Shown here in pieces: positions 12,430 through 24,185 of a stretch of 64,000 bases of DNA (its first letter is position 1; every line of letters starts with the position of its first letter). The stretch covers positions 11,966,001-12,030,000 of the forward strand of contig NC_043003.1 of the NCBI RefSeq assembly GCF_006345805.1. Direction: 5' to 3'. The position numbers and the translations under genes are program-made. The notes under the pieces were generated by a model. It was not told the origin of the DNA. It was given only the letters and a program-made list of their open reading frames with translations, and ran no database searches. This DNA comes from Octopus sinensis. Its lineage: Eukaryota.

Positions 12430-12835
12430 TTGTGTTAGGTAGCTTGTTTACGAACCACATGTTTCCGGGATCAGTCCTACTGCGTGGCACCTTGGGCAAG
12501 GGTCTTCTACTATAGCCTCGGGCCGACCAAAACCCTGTGAGTAGATGTGGTAGACGGAAACTGAAAAGAAGCCCGTCGTATATATGTATGTATATGTATG
12601 TGTGTGTATATGTTTGTGTGTCTGCGTTTGTCCCCTCCCCCAGCATCGCTTGACAACCGATGCTGGTGTGTTTACGTTCCCATAACTTAGCGGTTCGGCA
12701 AAAGAGACCAATAGAATAGGTACTAGGCTTACAAAGAATAAGTCCTGGGGTCGATGTGCTCGACTAAAGGCGGTGCTCCAGCATGGCCACAGTCAAATGA
12801 CTGAAACAAGTAAAAGAGTAAAAGAGAGTAAAGAG
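12430..12835 (+). mobile_element. Full microsatellite-bearing CORE SINE
   Basis: tRNA-like head, CORE-like ggcaccttgggcaag, internal TA/TG tract, 3' half and (AAGAGT)n tail. Confidence 0.88.
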
Positions 12836-13029
12836 TATATCGGAGACGAAAAATCTCGTCTAAGCAAGTAGCTGGTTAGAGTACACATCATTGACAGAGC
12901 CTAGATAGGCTGAAATGCATCTGGTGTTCTGAATAGCTGCTGCTGAGGACAATTTCGCCATCCTACGATATACGTTGTCCTTTTAAATACATTCTTATTT
13001 ACATGTGTTTGTGTATATGCGTATCTCTC

Positions 13030-13289
13030 TTCACTGTTTTACTTTTCCTTTTACTTGTTTCAGTCATTTGACTGCGGCCATGCTGGAGCACCGCCTTTAG
13101 TCGAGCAAATCGACCCCAGGAATTATTCTTTGGACGCCTAGTACTTATTCTATCGGTCTTTTTTGCCGAACCGCTAAGTTCCGGGGACGCAAACACACCA
13201 GCATCGGTTGTCAAGCGATGTTGGGGAGACAAACATAAACACAAAAACGCACACACACACACACATACATACATACATACATACATACA

Positions 13290-13325
<36 letters not shown>

Positions 13326-13840
13326 TATATTTCTTGAGTTTGTTGCACTGATGAACATGAAATGCATATTCTGCATTAAATGCGAAATCACATGTGATAT
13401 GTAACTGAATTCTTTTTTTTAAAATGATGTGTTTTGAAGTTTTGCATTCGGTAAAATTTTGTTTATTTTTAGTAGTTTTGACCGCATTGGTCCCTCTTAG
13501 CGTGTTGGTATCTACGAATAGTAGTACCCTCAATATAATATAAATGAATATTTTCAAAGAGGAAGAATTTACGGATTTTTTCTCTTACGAGGTTTTTCAC
13601 GCTGACTACTGATAATTTCTTTTAAAGATTTTATCCTCAATTGTTAATATATATATATATATATATATATGCGACGGGCTTATTTCAGTTTCCGTCTACC
13701 AAGTCCACTCACAAGGCTTTGGTCGGTCCGAGGCTATAGTAGAAGACACTTGCCCAAGGTGCCAAGCAGTGGGACTGAACCCGGAACCATATTGTTGGTA
13801 AGCAAGCTACCTACCACACAGCCACTCCTGCGCCTATACT
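13030..13840 (-). mobile_element. Microsatellite-bearing SINE split by a ~310-bp insertion in its internal microsatellite
   Basis: The 3' half lies at ~13030-13260 and the 5' half at ~13670-13840. The intervening ~13330-13640 segment is homologous to 43590-43810. Confidence 0.8.
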
Positions 13841-14417
13841 GATTTTTATTTGTTTTCTTCCAGCATGGCCAGTGGTTATGGCTGTCGTCCCCTCAGAGAA
13901 ACCTAAATCTGTGGAATCTTACACATATACACCAGCCTTCTCTGGGGAGGCAAGAGTTGCACACTCAGGCCATGTTGTAAGAATACGGTATTCTCATTCA
14001 ATTTCTCTTCATCTTAGATATGCTTGTCGGTTTCTAAGATTACTCGGAAAACCCAGAGATCAGTCGCACAACCTTATCTTCGATTGTACGTACTTGTAGA
14101 CAATAAAAAAGTAAAACGAAATTATTTTCAAACAATATCTTTTATTTTTAATTTTTTACTTGCTTCAATGATTGGATTGTGGTCATGCTGGAGCACTGCC
14201 TTGAAGGGAATATTTTTTAGTTGAACAAATTGACTCCAGTCTGATATTTATTCCATCGGATGTTTTGCTGAAACTGTTAAGTTACGGGACGGAAATAAGC
14301 CAGCATTAGTTATCAAGCTGTGGCGAGAGAGGAACAAAGGCACAAACACACACACATACGCATCTCCATCTCTCTCCCCTCTTTCTCTCTCTCTCTCTCT
14401 CTCTCCTTATCTATCTA

Positions 14418-14552
<135 letters not shown>

Positions 14553-14725
14553 TGTCTGTGTGTGTGTGTGTGTGTGTATGCGTGTGGCGTGTATAAATAT
14601 TAACAAAAGAGAATGGATTGAGCGAGACTTTTATTGCATAGTACTACAATTGTTTCATCGCCACTCTACTAGAAGATCTTTGCTGCAATTTTATTATATA
14701 ATATATGAAACAATACATCGTATCA

Positions 14726-14814
<89 letters not shown>

Positions 14815-15022
14815 CAAAAATAAGGGTGAAAAAATTGGATATTAATTTAATAATACCATCAATTTAACACCAAGTGGCTTAGCGAATAAAAATCAGGGAT
14901 ACAATAAAAATTTATACACAAATATATTGTATATATATACATAATACATACATACATACATACATACATACATACATACATACATGCATGCATGCATACA
15001 TACATACATATATATATATATT

Positions 15023-15066
<44 letters not shown>

Positions 15067-15143
15067 CATATATATACATATATATATGCATATATATATA
15101 TATGTATATATCTACATCTATGTATAAGTACATATATACATAT

Positions 15144-15227
<84 letters not shown>

Positions 15228-16400
15228 TATGTATATTCTGTAGATATAGTTATGAGCTAAATGGTTTCCGTCGAGGGTTGTTTATACGTCCTAATATTAG
15301 ACTATTTTCTGACAGTCAATATACGGCGAACACTTAGAAGCTTAAGCTTATATTTATATTATTTTATAGATTTACAGAATTTTCACTCGTCGCACGCAGA
15401 ACGTGCACACTTGTTTGTTTATACGTATAAAAATATCTTCGAATCCGGAACCATTTAGTCGCAAAACAAGTTTCTTTACTGCACACTCATACCCACACCT
15501 ACACCACCACCCCCCCAACAAAAATGCAAAAACAAAGAATAAAAACTCCATTTGATGAGAGCACACACCTTCGATTGAAGACATTCCAAGCGTGATCATC
15601 CCATTTTTCCAGACACAATTTATGTCTTTCCTGATGATCGTTGTGTTTTTTTTTTTTCAGACCATAGAAGGTGATTTATGAGGTTTGGATGTTATTTCAA
15701 GTTTGTCGAGACAGCATATCGTTGGTTTGTGAAAATATACTCTCTTAAGAGCCAATACAGAGAGACTCGATAAGAGGCGAGGTAAGTGGTGAATCATTGT
15801 ATTATTATTGAGAAAAAAGGAAAAAATATGTGTGTGAAATAGGAAATGAAATGACGCAGGATATGGAAAGAACGAGTCCGGATCTAAAACTGCTGAAATA
15901 TTATACGGACTGGTCTTTTATGGTAATATTAAAATAAAACTACATATTACGTAAGATAAGTGGCTAGCCTTTGGAACGGAGTTTCAAAGCAGCCGATTAT
16001 AGTTTCGTGTCAAGTGCATAGGGCTAAAAATAGAAAAGAAATAGAAGTTACATATTGTTCGTTCTTCCTAAGTCCTTCGGCACTATCTAATAAAAGCTCT
16101 CTATGTGGAAGTATGGATGTACTTGGTCAGGAAGACGGTATACGCTTGTTTATACACGGATACATGTACACACATACAATACAAACATACAAACATACAT
16201 ACATGATATAATTTTTATGAAACTGAGAGGCATACCGCCAATAAAAATAGAAATTAACCGAACTCTCTCTCTCTATATATATATTCAGCAAAAACAATTA
16301 AGATCCAAGTGAGTTCCAATGAATTCACATGAATGCGGTACTTAACTTAGATGCACCAGAATTCATTTATGGTGTTAACCATAAATTAATGTGGGGTGAT

Positions 16401-16501
16401 TATAACCAAGAAAAAAGCAACAAGAATGGATTAGTAGTTTAGTACAATTGTACTAACAATTGTACTAAACTACTAATCCATTCTTGTTGCTTTTTTCTTG
16501 G

Positions 16502-16506
<5 letters not shown>
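16401..16506. repeat. Perfect inverted repeat with 51-bp arms and a 4-nt loop, abutting (TA)n
   Basis: 16401-16451 is the exact reverse complement of 16456-16506. Confidence 0.95.
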
Positions 16507-16580
<74 letters not shown>

Positions 16581-16818
16581 TGAGGGAATATTATTCCAAA
16601 CATACAGGGAAAAATTCAATTTAGAAATACTAAATCAAATTTCACAAAATATAATATATATATATTTAAATTAGAAAAAAAAAACACCTTTTATCATGAA
16701 AAAATAAATTACACCATCTAGAAAATTACATATAATAGAAAGATTAAATATAAGATAAAAGATATAACAATGATTAAGTATTGTGCAAAATAATAAATAA
16801 AACGTATCTATCTATCTC

Positions 16819-16899
<81 letters not shown>

Positions 16900-16910
16900 A
16901 TATATATATA

Positions 16911-17239
16911 TATAGCAATAAGAAAATGGAGGGGATCAATAGGTGGTTCATCAACTTTTAGACATTATATTATGTTAACTTATTTATTCATTTACTAAAC
17001 TGATAATTACAATAATATACATACTTATATATACATGAATATTTCATGTTTGTTAGTTTATAATAATTACCGGTATCCTTATATATTACTATATTTTATA
17101 TCTTATATGTAAAGCATAATATGTTATACATCTATGTATATTATTGTAATTATCAGTTTAGTAAATAAATAAATAAGTTAACATGATATAATGTCTAAAA
17201 GTTGATGAACCACCTGTTGATCCCCTCCATTTCTTATTG

Positions 17240-17244
<5 letters not shown>
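16911..17244. repeat. Fold-back or MITE-like element with ~113-bp imperfect inverted arms between (TA)n tracts
   Basis: caataagaaaatggaggggatcaa..caataatatacata mirrors tatgtatattattg..tgatcccctccatttcttattg with a few mismatches. Confidence 0.85.
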
Positions 17245-17273
<29 letters not shown>

Positions 17274-17956
17274 TAAAGTATCTCTTTACCCTCACCCATT
17301 TGGTACACTCGGTATTGTAATTGCAATGCAATAAAAAATCACTTGTGTATTAATAATTGGGTATTCTACCAGCAGTATATTGGATAGATATTATCCCTTA
17401 GTTGGTTGGATTCACAACCTCTAACTTTCTTGGAGTTATATATATATATATATATATATATATAAGTTCAGCAAAATTTAGATTCAGATGAATATGGTAC
17501 TTACTTAAGTTAAAGGCACCAGAATTTGGTATGGTATTATCCGTATAAATCAAATGGGGTGATTATAATCAAAATAAGCAACACTTATTATAATTAAAAT
17601 ATTATAATCAAAATAAGCAACAGTGTTTAATAAAATGAAGTAACATGAAACGATTCTACTACACTACCTTGGTTAACCTTGTTGCTTATTTTGATTATAT
17701 ATATATATGTATGTATGTATATAGTTAGGTTATATTCTGTTATATACGTAGTAAAGTTTAAATTTCGTCTACCTTCAGTTTTCACCCGGTGCTATCCAAC
17801 AGAAGTATTATGCGTACTGTCAGATTTGCGTTGGGGCTTCTGTAGTGTGTGAATGGATGATTGAATAAGGTGGAGACGAGGCGAAGGAGTACCGTTGGAC
17901 ATTTATTTGTAATCGCTACAATTGTTTCCACGCAACGTAGTTCTCCAAATTATTTA

Positions 17957-17996
<40 letters not shown>

Positions 17997-18144
17997 GATG
18001 AGTGGACAAACGAAAGAAAGAGGCACTCAGTACATTTAGTAAGAGTTATATTATTATCTAAAACAGTTTGATTTGGCATCATGCAACTTAAAATTTCATA
18101 GGTTCGTTACAAGAACCTAGCCTGAGCCCGACGGGCTAGGTTCC

Positions 18145-19740
18145 TGTAACGATCCTTTGAAACTTTAAGTTCCACCAAATCATACATACCTATGGTTATG
18201 ATGAGAGTTACGACGCCCCTTTACGAAAGATAGACTGGTCCGAGTAAAGCATAAATAGTAACGATCCGAGTAAGTTCAGAGTTCGGAGTCGAGTGAAGTT
18301 CGTGCCAGTTCGCAGTGAAGTCGGAAGGTGTCGGTTGGTCAGTTCACAAGGAATATTGATTGTTGGTTCATAAAAAGATTTGTTAGTCTGTGACATTGGT
18401 TTTACTGTTGTCTGGTTATCTTATTTATTGTACGTAACAATTACGTTACAAAATCTGGTGACCAGATTTTCGAAACCCACGTAGGTTGTTTAACAATTTC
18501 TTCGTGATACAACTTGTTAAATAATGGAAGACCTATTATCTTCCATAGTACAGTTGCAAAAGTAACAACAAGAGCAGCAACAGGAGTTGCAGAAACAACT
18601 ATTACAGCACCACCAGCAGCCGTTCAAGAATTTGGACCTGGAGATTTCCATTTCCAGCGACTTCGAGGGCCACATCCCAGTGGTGTCGGGCGTCAACGAA
18701 GAACCCTCGACTACAACAAGACGACCAAAGTGTTTTTTTTTCCAAGGTCTGGGGTCTCCCGCCCCTTAGACCTAGACCATCACCTAATCACCCTTACCCG
18801 TCTTGTTGCTTAATAACAACAACAACAACAACTACAACAACAAATATTGGAGCTATAACAAAGAAGTCCCAAAATGAGGTAAGTTCGTTTTCGCAAGATG
18901 GCGTTTCGAACTTGATTAATGAATTCAGTTGTAATCCTGAGGGTATAACTTTTGTATCGTACTACAGATGGTACGAGAAGATTTTTAAGCAAGATTCCAA
19001 ACAAAAAGGGATTTTGTTATTGCGAAAATCAGCTCTGTTAGAACTTGACTGTCACTGTAATTTCATATTGCCCCCTCCCCCACAAAAAAACCTACTGAAA
19101 TTTGTTTTAAAGAAACAATAGAATTACTGTCTAACATATTCGATGAATAAACGTTTCTATTTAACACTCGAATGGAGTGTTGGAATATAACGAAAAAAGA
19201 GAATGATGATTTTTATCACATACACAGAAACAGCCGACAGGATGTATGAAAGTTTTAAACTCAGAGAACTTACACCTGATATGTTCAAGTGTCTTACTTT
19301 CACGCAAGGCTTTACAGCAAGCGAAGATACAGAAATTCGGGCAAGAATTCTTTCTAAATTAGAACAAGTAAACCAAGATCTAACCTTATATTCCGTGGCA
19401 GAAGAATTCCAAAAGATGGTAAACCTGAAACACGATATAGAAAAAATTCAAGAAAAGGATTCCTCAAAAATACGGATATTTCAACCGGAAAAATGAAACC
19501 AAAAAAAGAGTGCCACATCCTAATCCATGTTATGGATGTTGTGGCATACATTTCAGAAAAGACTGTCCATTTAAAAATCAAAAATGTTACAGTTGCAAAA
19601 GAATTGGTCACAAGAGTTCACACTGCAGAACAAAATTACGAAGGTCAAGCATTAAAAATCCTTCAGTGTTCTCAACAGAAACAAAGAGCGACTCCCAAAT
19701 AAGAAAATTCACACAGCGTTCGACTTTTTCCATCCAAGGG
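18145..19740 (+). mobile_element. Ty3/Gypsy (Mag-like) LTR retrotransposon remnant: 5' LTR, PBS and decayed gag
   Basis: LTR 18145-18450 is bounded by TGTAACG...CGTTACA, and a PBS-like TGGTGACC starts at 18456. Gag fragments include FKCLTFTQGFTASEDTEIRARILSKLEQ and two zinc knuckles, CYGCCGIHFRKDC and CYSCKRIGHKSSHC. Frameshifts are present and no pol is seen. Confidence 0.82.
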
Positions 19741-19782
19741 AGTTTTAACCAAATATTCACACGCTATTATTTATTATTGAGA

Positions 19783-20290
19783 AGGCGCAATGGCCCAGTG
19801 GTTAGGGCAGCGGACTCGCGGTCGTAGGATCGCGGTTTCGATTCCCAGACCGGGCATTGTGAGTGTTTATTGAGCAAAAGCACCTAAAGCTCCACAAAGC
19901 TCCAGCAGGGTGGTGGTGGTGAACCCTGCTGTACTCTTTCACCACTCTTTCTCTCACTCTTTCTTCCTGTTTCTGTTGTACTTGTATTTCAAAGGGCCAG
20001 CTTTCTTACACTCTGTGTCACGCTGAATCTCCCTGAGAACTACGTTAAGGGTACATGTGTCTGTGGAGTACTCAGCCACTTGCACGTTAATAAATGAGCT
20101 GCGACGTCACAGATGCCAAGGTGTATCGGCCCCTTTGCCTTTCCCTTGGATAACATCGGTGGTGTGGAGAGGGGAGTCTCGTATGCATGGGCGACTGCTG
20201 GTCTTCCATAAACAAACTTGCCCGGACTTGTGCCTCGGAGGATAACTTTCTAGGTGCAATCCCATGGTCAGTCATGACCGAAGGGGTCAC
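19783..20290 (+). mobile_element. Chimeric SINE: tRNA head, central domain and two different tails in tandem
   Basis: The head matches 55888-55990. The first tail matches 502-740 and 57505-57700. The second tail matches 36195-36400 (reverse complement). Confidence 0.8.
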
Positions 20291-20323
20291 AACACAACAA
20301 CAATTATTTATTATTATTTATTA

Positions 20324-20711
20324 CTAGCAGTATCGCCCGGCGTTGCTCGGGTTTGTTCCGACCCTTTAGAATTGGAATTTTTGAAAAGTAAAAATTTTGC
20401 ATTATGTAGCTTATTATTCTCTTTAAGTGAACATTTTTTCTGGTTGAAATACATCGAAAAATGGCGACACAGCAGTCAAAAAAAAAAAAGGGATTTTCAT
20501 AGAAAAAAAAGCACCTTTTTGATGTAAATAATTTTTGGTGTTAACATGGTCCGATTTGAAGTTTTTCTTCTACGGAAGGAAGAGCAAGCCTTCTTCTATC
20601 ATACTCTCGATTTTGGTCAACTTGCGCCGCAGGGTCTCGGAGGAGATAGTGTTAGTTGAAGGCTACCAAACCTGCCATACATAGACAACTTCAGCTTTAT
20701 ATAGAGAGAGA
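20324..20711 (-). mobile_element. Non-autonomous Helitron (subfamily B)
   Basis: On the minus strand it has A|TC at the 5' end, a CCCGAGCAACGCCGGG hairpin and CTAG|T at the 3' end. The sister copy is at 49378-49779. Confidence 0.85.
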
Positions 20712-20980
20712 TTTACTAAAAAAAAACTATATATATTGTTTGTTTGTGCGTGTGTAAATTATCAAACTGGTGATATCATCCGAAAAACTGATCCTGTTTT
20801 GCTTCGTAAACACTTTAGTGTACTTTTAGGCATATTCTGTACAATGCTTTTCTTCGCTGTTTATAAATAGCATCACCCTCAGCCGTTTATATATTTCCTC
20901 CTCATAGCTCGCATTTATCATTTAATTTGATAACCACATTGTTCTTTTCCTCTCCCCTTAGACGGCAGCTGTGATTAGAC

Positions 20981-21026
<46 letters not shown>

Positions 21027-21163
21027 TGTGTGTGTGTGATTTATATTGTTGTTTATCAACATGTTCGTAGGAAGCAGTGTTTCTAGTATATCATGCTTTG
21101 AACTTACTCTCTGCCATACCTATGTAACTTTTATCGCCTGTTACGTCTGATTCGGTGGAAGTA

Positions 21164-21704
21164 TTGATTCTCCGGTAAGTTCGTGCCGATTTATAGCAGC
21201 TTACCTTTCGACTTATTTTAGAACATGGTTGAGTCCATAAAATAGCTTTTGACTACACCTCCATTTAAAGCACAGTTTAAGCTATCTTTTCGTTCCTATA
21301 ACATGTGTAACCCTTTAAAATGGAAGATAAGAAAGTTCCTTTTCGGCACTTGATGCTTTGGGAACGAGATAAAAATTGCTGCAGCTTGGCTGGGATGTGT
21401 TACCCTACCCTGCATATTCACTAGATAGTGCTCCTTCGGATTTCCGCTTATTCAGGTCTCTGCAGAATAGTCTTAATTGTAAAAATTTCAATTTCTTAGA
21501 TGACGTAAAAAGATACCTTGATGAATTGTTTGCCATGAAACCACCTCAATTCTGGGAAGAGGGTATTTTCAAGTTAAAAGAAATATGGAGACGCATTGTG
21601 CAACAAAATTGTTCATATTTGGCTGATTAAAAATGTAATGGCAAGTATTTATTGACCTTTCTTCTTTCCTTTAAAAATCGACACGAACTTTCCGGACAAC
21701 CCAA
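21164..21704 (+). mobile_element. Internally deleted mariner element with both TIRs
   Basis: ~30-bp TIRs (TTG..TCCGG.AAGTTCGTG.CGATTT) with flanking TA. The N-terminal MEDKKVPFRHLMLWE is fused to the C-terminal LPYPAYSLDSAPSDFRLFRSLQN, which matches the mariner YSPDLAPSD motif. Confidence 0.9.
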
Positions 21705-22049
21705 TATGTTCGACTTACAAGAGTGGCTGAGTGGGGCTCAGTGTCGTTACATCCGCATTTCGTTGATCCTGTTGGTTTGTGTATTATGATATTCTTCCTA
21801 TGGGAAGCGCAGCGATTAAATATTCACAAGCAGCATCACTTGCAAAATTTTCATATAACGGGGATTGGTAGGAAAACGTTTATCTATAACACAGGAAGTT
21901 TTTGACCACGTTAGTCTCTGCATTTATTGAGTACGTGCACACATGATAATATTTACCAGATAATACAGTAAAAAGTTTTCTTATGCTTAATTTTATCCTT
22001 AAAACCGATATTTGTTAAACCACTGTTGTGATGCGAAAGTACTCTCTTT

Positions 22050-22462
22050 TACTCTTTTACTCTCTTTTTTTTTTACTCTTTTACTTGTTTCAGTCATTTG
22101 ACTGCGGCCATGCTGGAGCACCGCCTTTAGTCGACCAAATCGACTCCAGGACTCATTCTTTGTAAGCCTAGTACTTATTCTATCGGTATCTTCTGCCGAA
22201 CCGCTAAGTTACGGGGACGTAAACACACCAGCATCGGTTGTCAAGCGATGTTGGGGGACAAATACAGACACACAAACATACACACACACACACACATATA
22301 TACGACGGGCTTCCTTCAGTTTCCGTCTACCAAATCCACTCACAAGGCTTCGGTCGGCCCGAAGCTATAGTAGAAGACACTTGTCCAAGGTGCCACGCAG
22401 TGAGACTGAACCCAGAACCATGTGGTTCGTAAGCAAGCTACTTACCACACAGCCACTCCTGT
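22050..22462 (-). mobile_element. Full microsatellite-bearing CORE SINE
   Basis: Same organisation as 12430-12835, on the opposite strand. Confidence 0.88.
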
Positions 22463-22754
22463 CAAAGACTTTAAAAAAAATTATTTTTGTTGATTAGATT
22501 CTGAAAACTAATTGTGAGTGGCAAAATTTAGTAGTAATATAGGTCAAATTGTCGTCAGATTTGTCATGCAGCTTATGTTAAATTTATTAGTATCTATGTT
22601 AAGTATGGTTATCCGAACAACACGGGTATCATCACGTAGGCTATCCTAGAACCACAGAGTATTGGTAGGAAAAGTGAAAGTAGCTGACGACGCAAAATAT
22701 GCTTCAGGCAAGTGATCAAAGTGATTGATTACTTGTAAATTACAATTGATAAAG

Positions 22755-23061
22755 ATGAAGGTACATGGCCTAGTGGTTAGAGCAGCGGGACTCGCGGTCG
22801 CGGAATCGCAGGTTCGAATCTCAGACCGGGCGATGTGTCTATTTTTGAGCGAAACACCTAAGCTCCACGCGGCTCCGGCAGAAGGTAATGGCGAACTTCT
22901 GCTGACTCTTTCGCCACAACTTTCTCTCACGCTTTCCTCCTGCATCTTGCAGCTCACCTGCGACGGACCGGCGTCCGGTCCAGGTGGGGAACCTATACGC
23001 CAAGGAAACCGGGAAACTGGCCCTTATGAGCCAGGCGTGGCTCGAGAAGGAACAAACAAAA
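22755..23061 (+). mobile_element. Full-length tRNA-derived SINE with 11-bp TSD
   Basis: A-box TGGCCTAGTGG and B-box GGTTCGAATC. The TSD AATTGATAAAG is at 22744-22754 and 23062-23072, and the tail is AAC/A-rich. Confidence 0.92.
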
Positions 23062-23261
23062 AATTGATAAAGGAAGGGTTTTAATAGAAGGAGACTAATC
23101 TAGGTATCATAAATACTATACAACTCAAAGCCATGATTTATTAAAATTATCTATGCCTCTAGAGAATAAATCATAATTAGTAGATTGTAATTAAGAGCAG
23201 CTGCACATGTAAAAAGGAGATAATCTGAAGAATCAAGAATTCTTCAAAGTTGCCATAAAAA

Positions 23262-23600
23262 TGTGGTACTCCATCGGTTACGACGACGATTATTACGAGT
23301 TTTCAAGTTGATCCGATCAATGGCACAACCTACCCGTGAAATTAACATGCAAGTGGCTGAGTATTCCACTGACACGTGTAACCTCATCGGAGTTCTCATG
23401 GCGATTCAATGTGACACAGAATATGATGAGACTGGCCCCTTTGAAATACAGGTACAACTTATTTGTGCCAGCTGAGTGGACTGGTGCAACGTGAAGTAAA
23501 ACGCTTTGCTCTAGGACACAACGCGCTGGTAGGTATCGAACAAACAACCTTACGACTATGAGCCGAACACCCTAACCACTTGGCCATACGCCTTCGCCCA
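23262..23600 (-). mobile_element. CORE-type SINE
   Basis: On the minus strand it has a tRNA head and a CORE segment. Its tail is homologous to 57505-57830. Confidence 0.75.
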
Positions 23601-23637
23601 AAGTTGTTATGCTATTAATGAGAGGGACAGAAGTAGT

Positions 23638-23897
23638 TACATTTGACAGATATTTGTCCTCATCTTGTTTGTTGTTAACATAACGTTTCGGCTGATATAC
23701 CCTCCAGCCCTCATCAGGCGTCTTGGAGAAATTTCGAACCTGGGTTCTCATTCCTAAGGTATTTTTCGGTGTTATTATTGTTGTTGTTGTTGTTGTTGTT
23801 GTTATTGTTGTTATTGTTCAGGTCACTACCTGGAATCGAACTCAGAATCTTGGGGTTAATAGCCCGCACTCCTAACCACTACGCCATATGCCCGTGG
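23638..23897 (-). mobile_element. tRNA-headed SINE with internal (AAT/AAC)n and a hammerhead-bearing tail (left copy)
   Basis: The minus strand reads TGGCGTAGTGG (A-box), GAGTTCGATTCC (B-box), a triplet repeat, then GACGC-CTGATGA-G-GGCTG..CAGCC-GAAAC-GTT. Confidence 0.8.
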
Positions 23898-23965
23898 AGT
23901 AGTGGTTAAGAGCACGGGCTACTAACCCCAAGATTCCGAGTTCGATTCCAGGCAGTGACTTGAAC

Positions 23966-23999
<34 letters not shown>

Positions 24000-24185
24000 T
24001 CGAAAAATACCCTAGGAATGAGAACCCAGGTTCGAAATTTACCCAAGACACCAGATGAAGGCTGGAGAGTATATCAGCCGAAACGTTGTGTTAACAACAA
24101 ACAAGATGAGGACAAATATCCGTCAAATGTATATAATGTAAATAATATACATAATTCCTCATCTCTTAAATATAGAACTGGACAG
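23896..24185 (+). mobile_element. tRNA-headed SINE with internal (AAT)n and a hammerhead-bearing tail (right copy)
   Basis: Diverged mirror of 23638-23897. The tail reads GACAC-CAGATGA-A-GGCTG..CAGCC-GAAAC-GTT-GTGTT. Confidence 0.8.

Noticed and set aside
22755-22830. Functional tRNA genes at SINE heads (also 19783, 23896, 31483 and 55888)
   Set aside because: A and B boxes are present, but I could not form full cloverleaves with an acceptor stem, and each head runs into a repeat body, some with TSDs.
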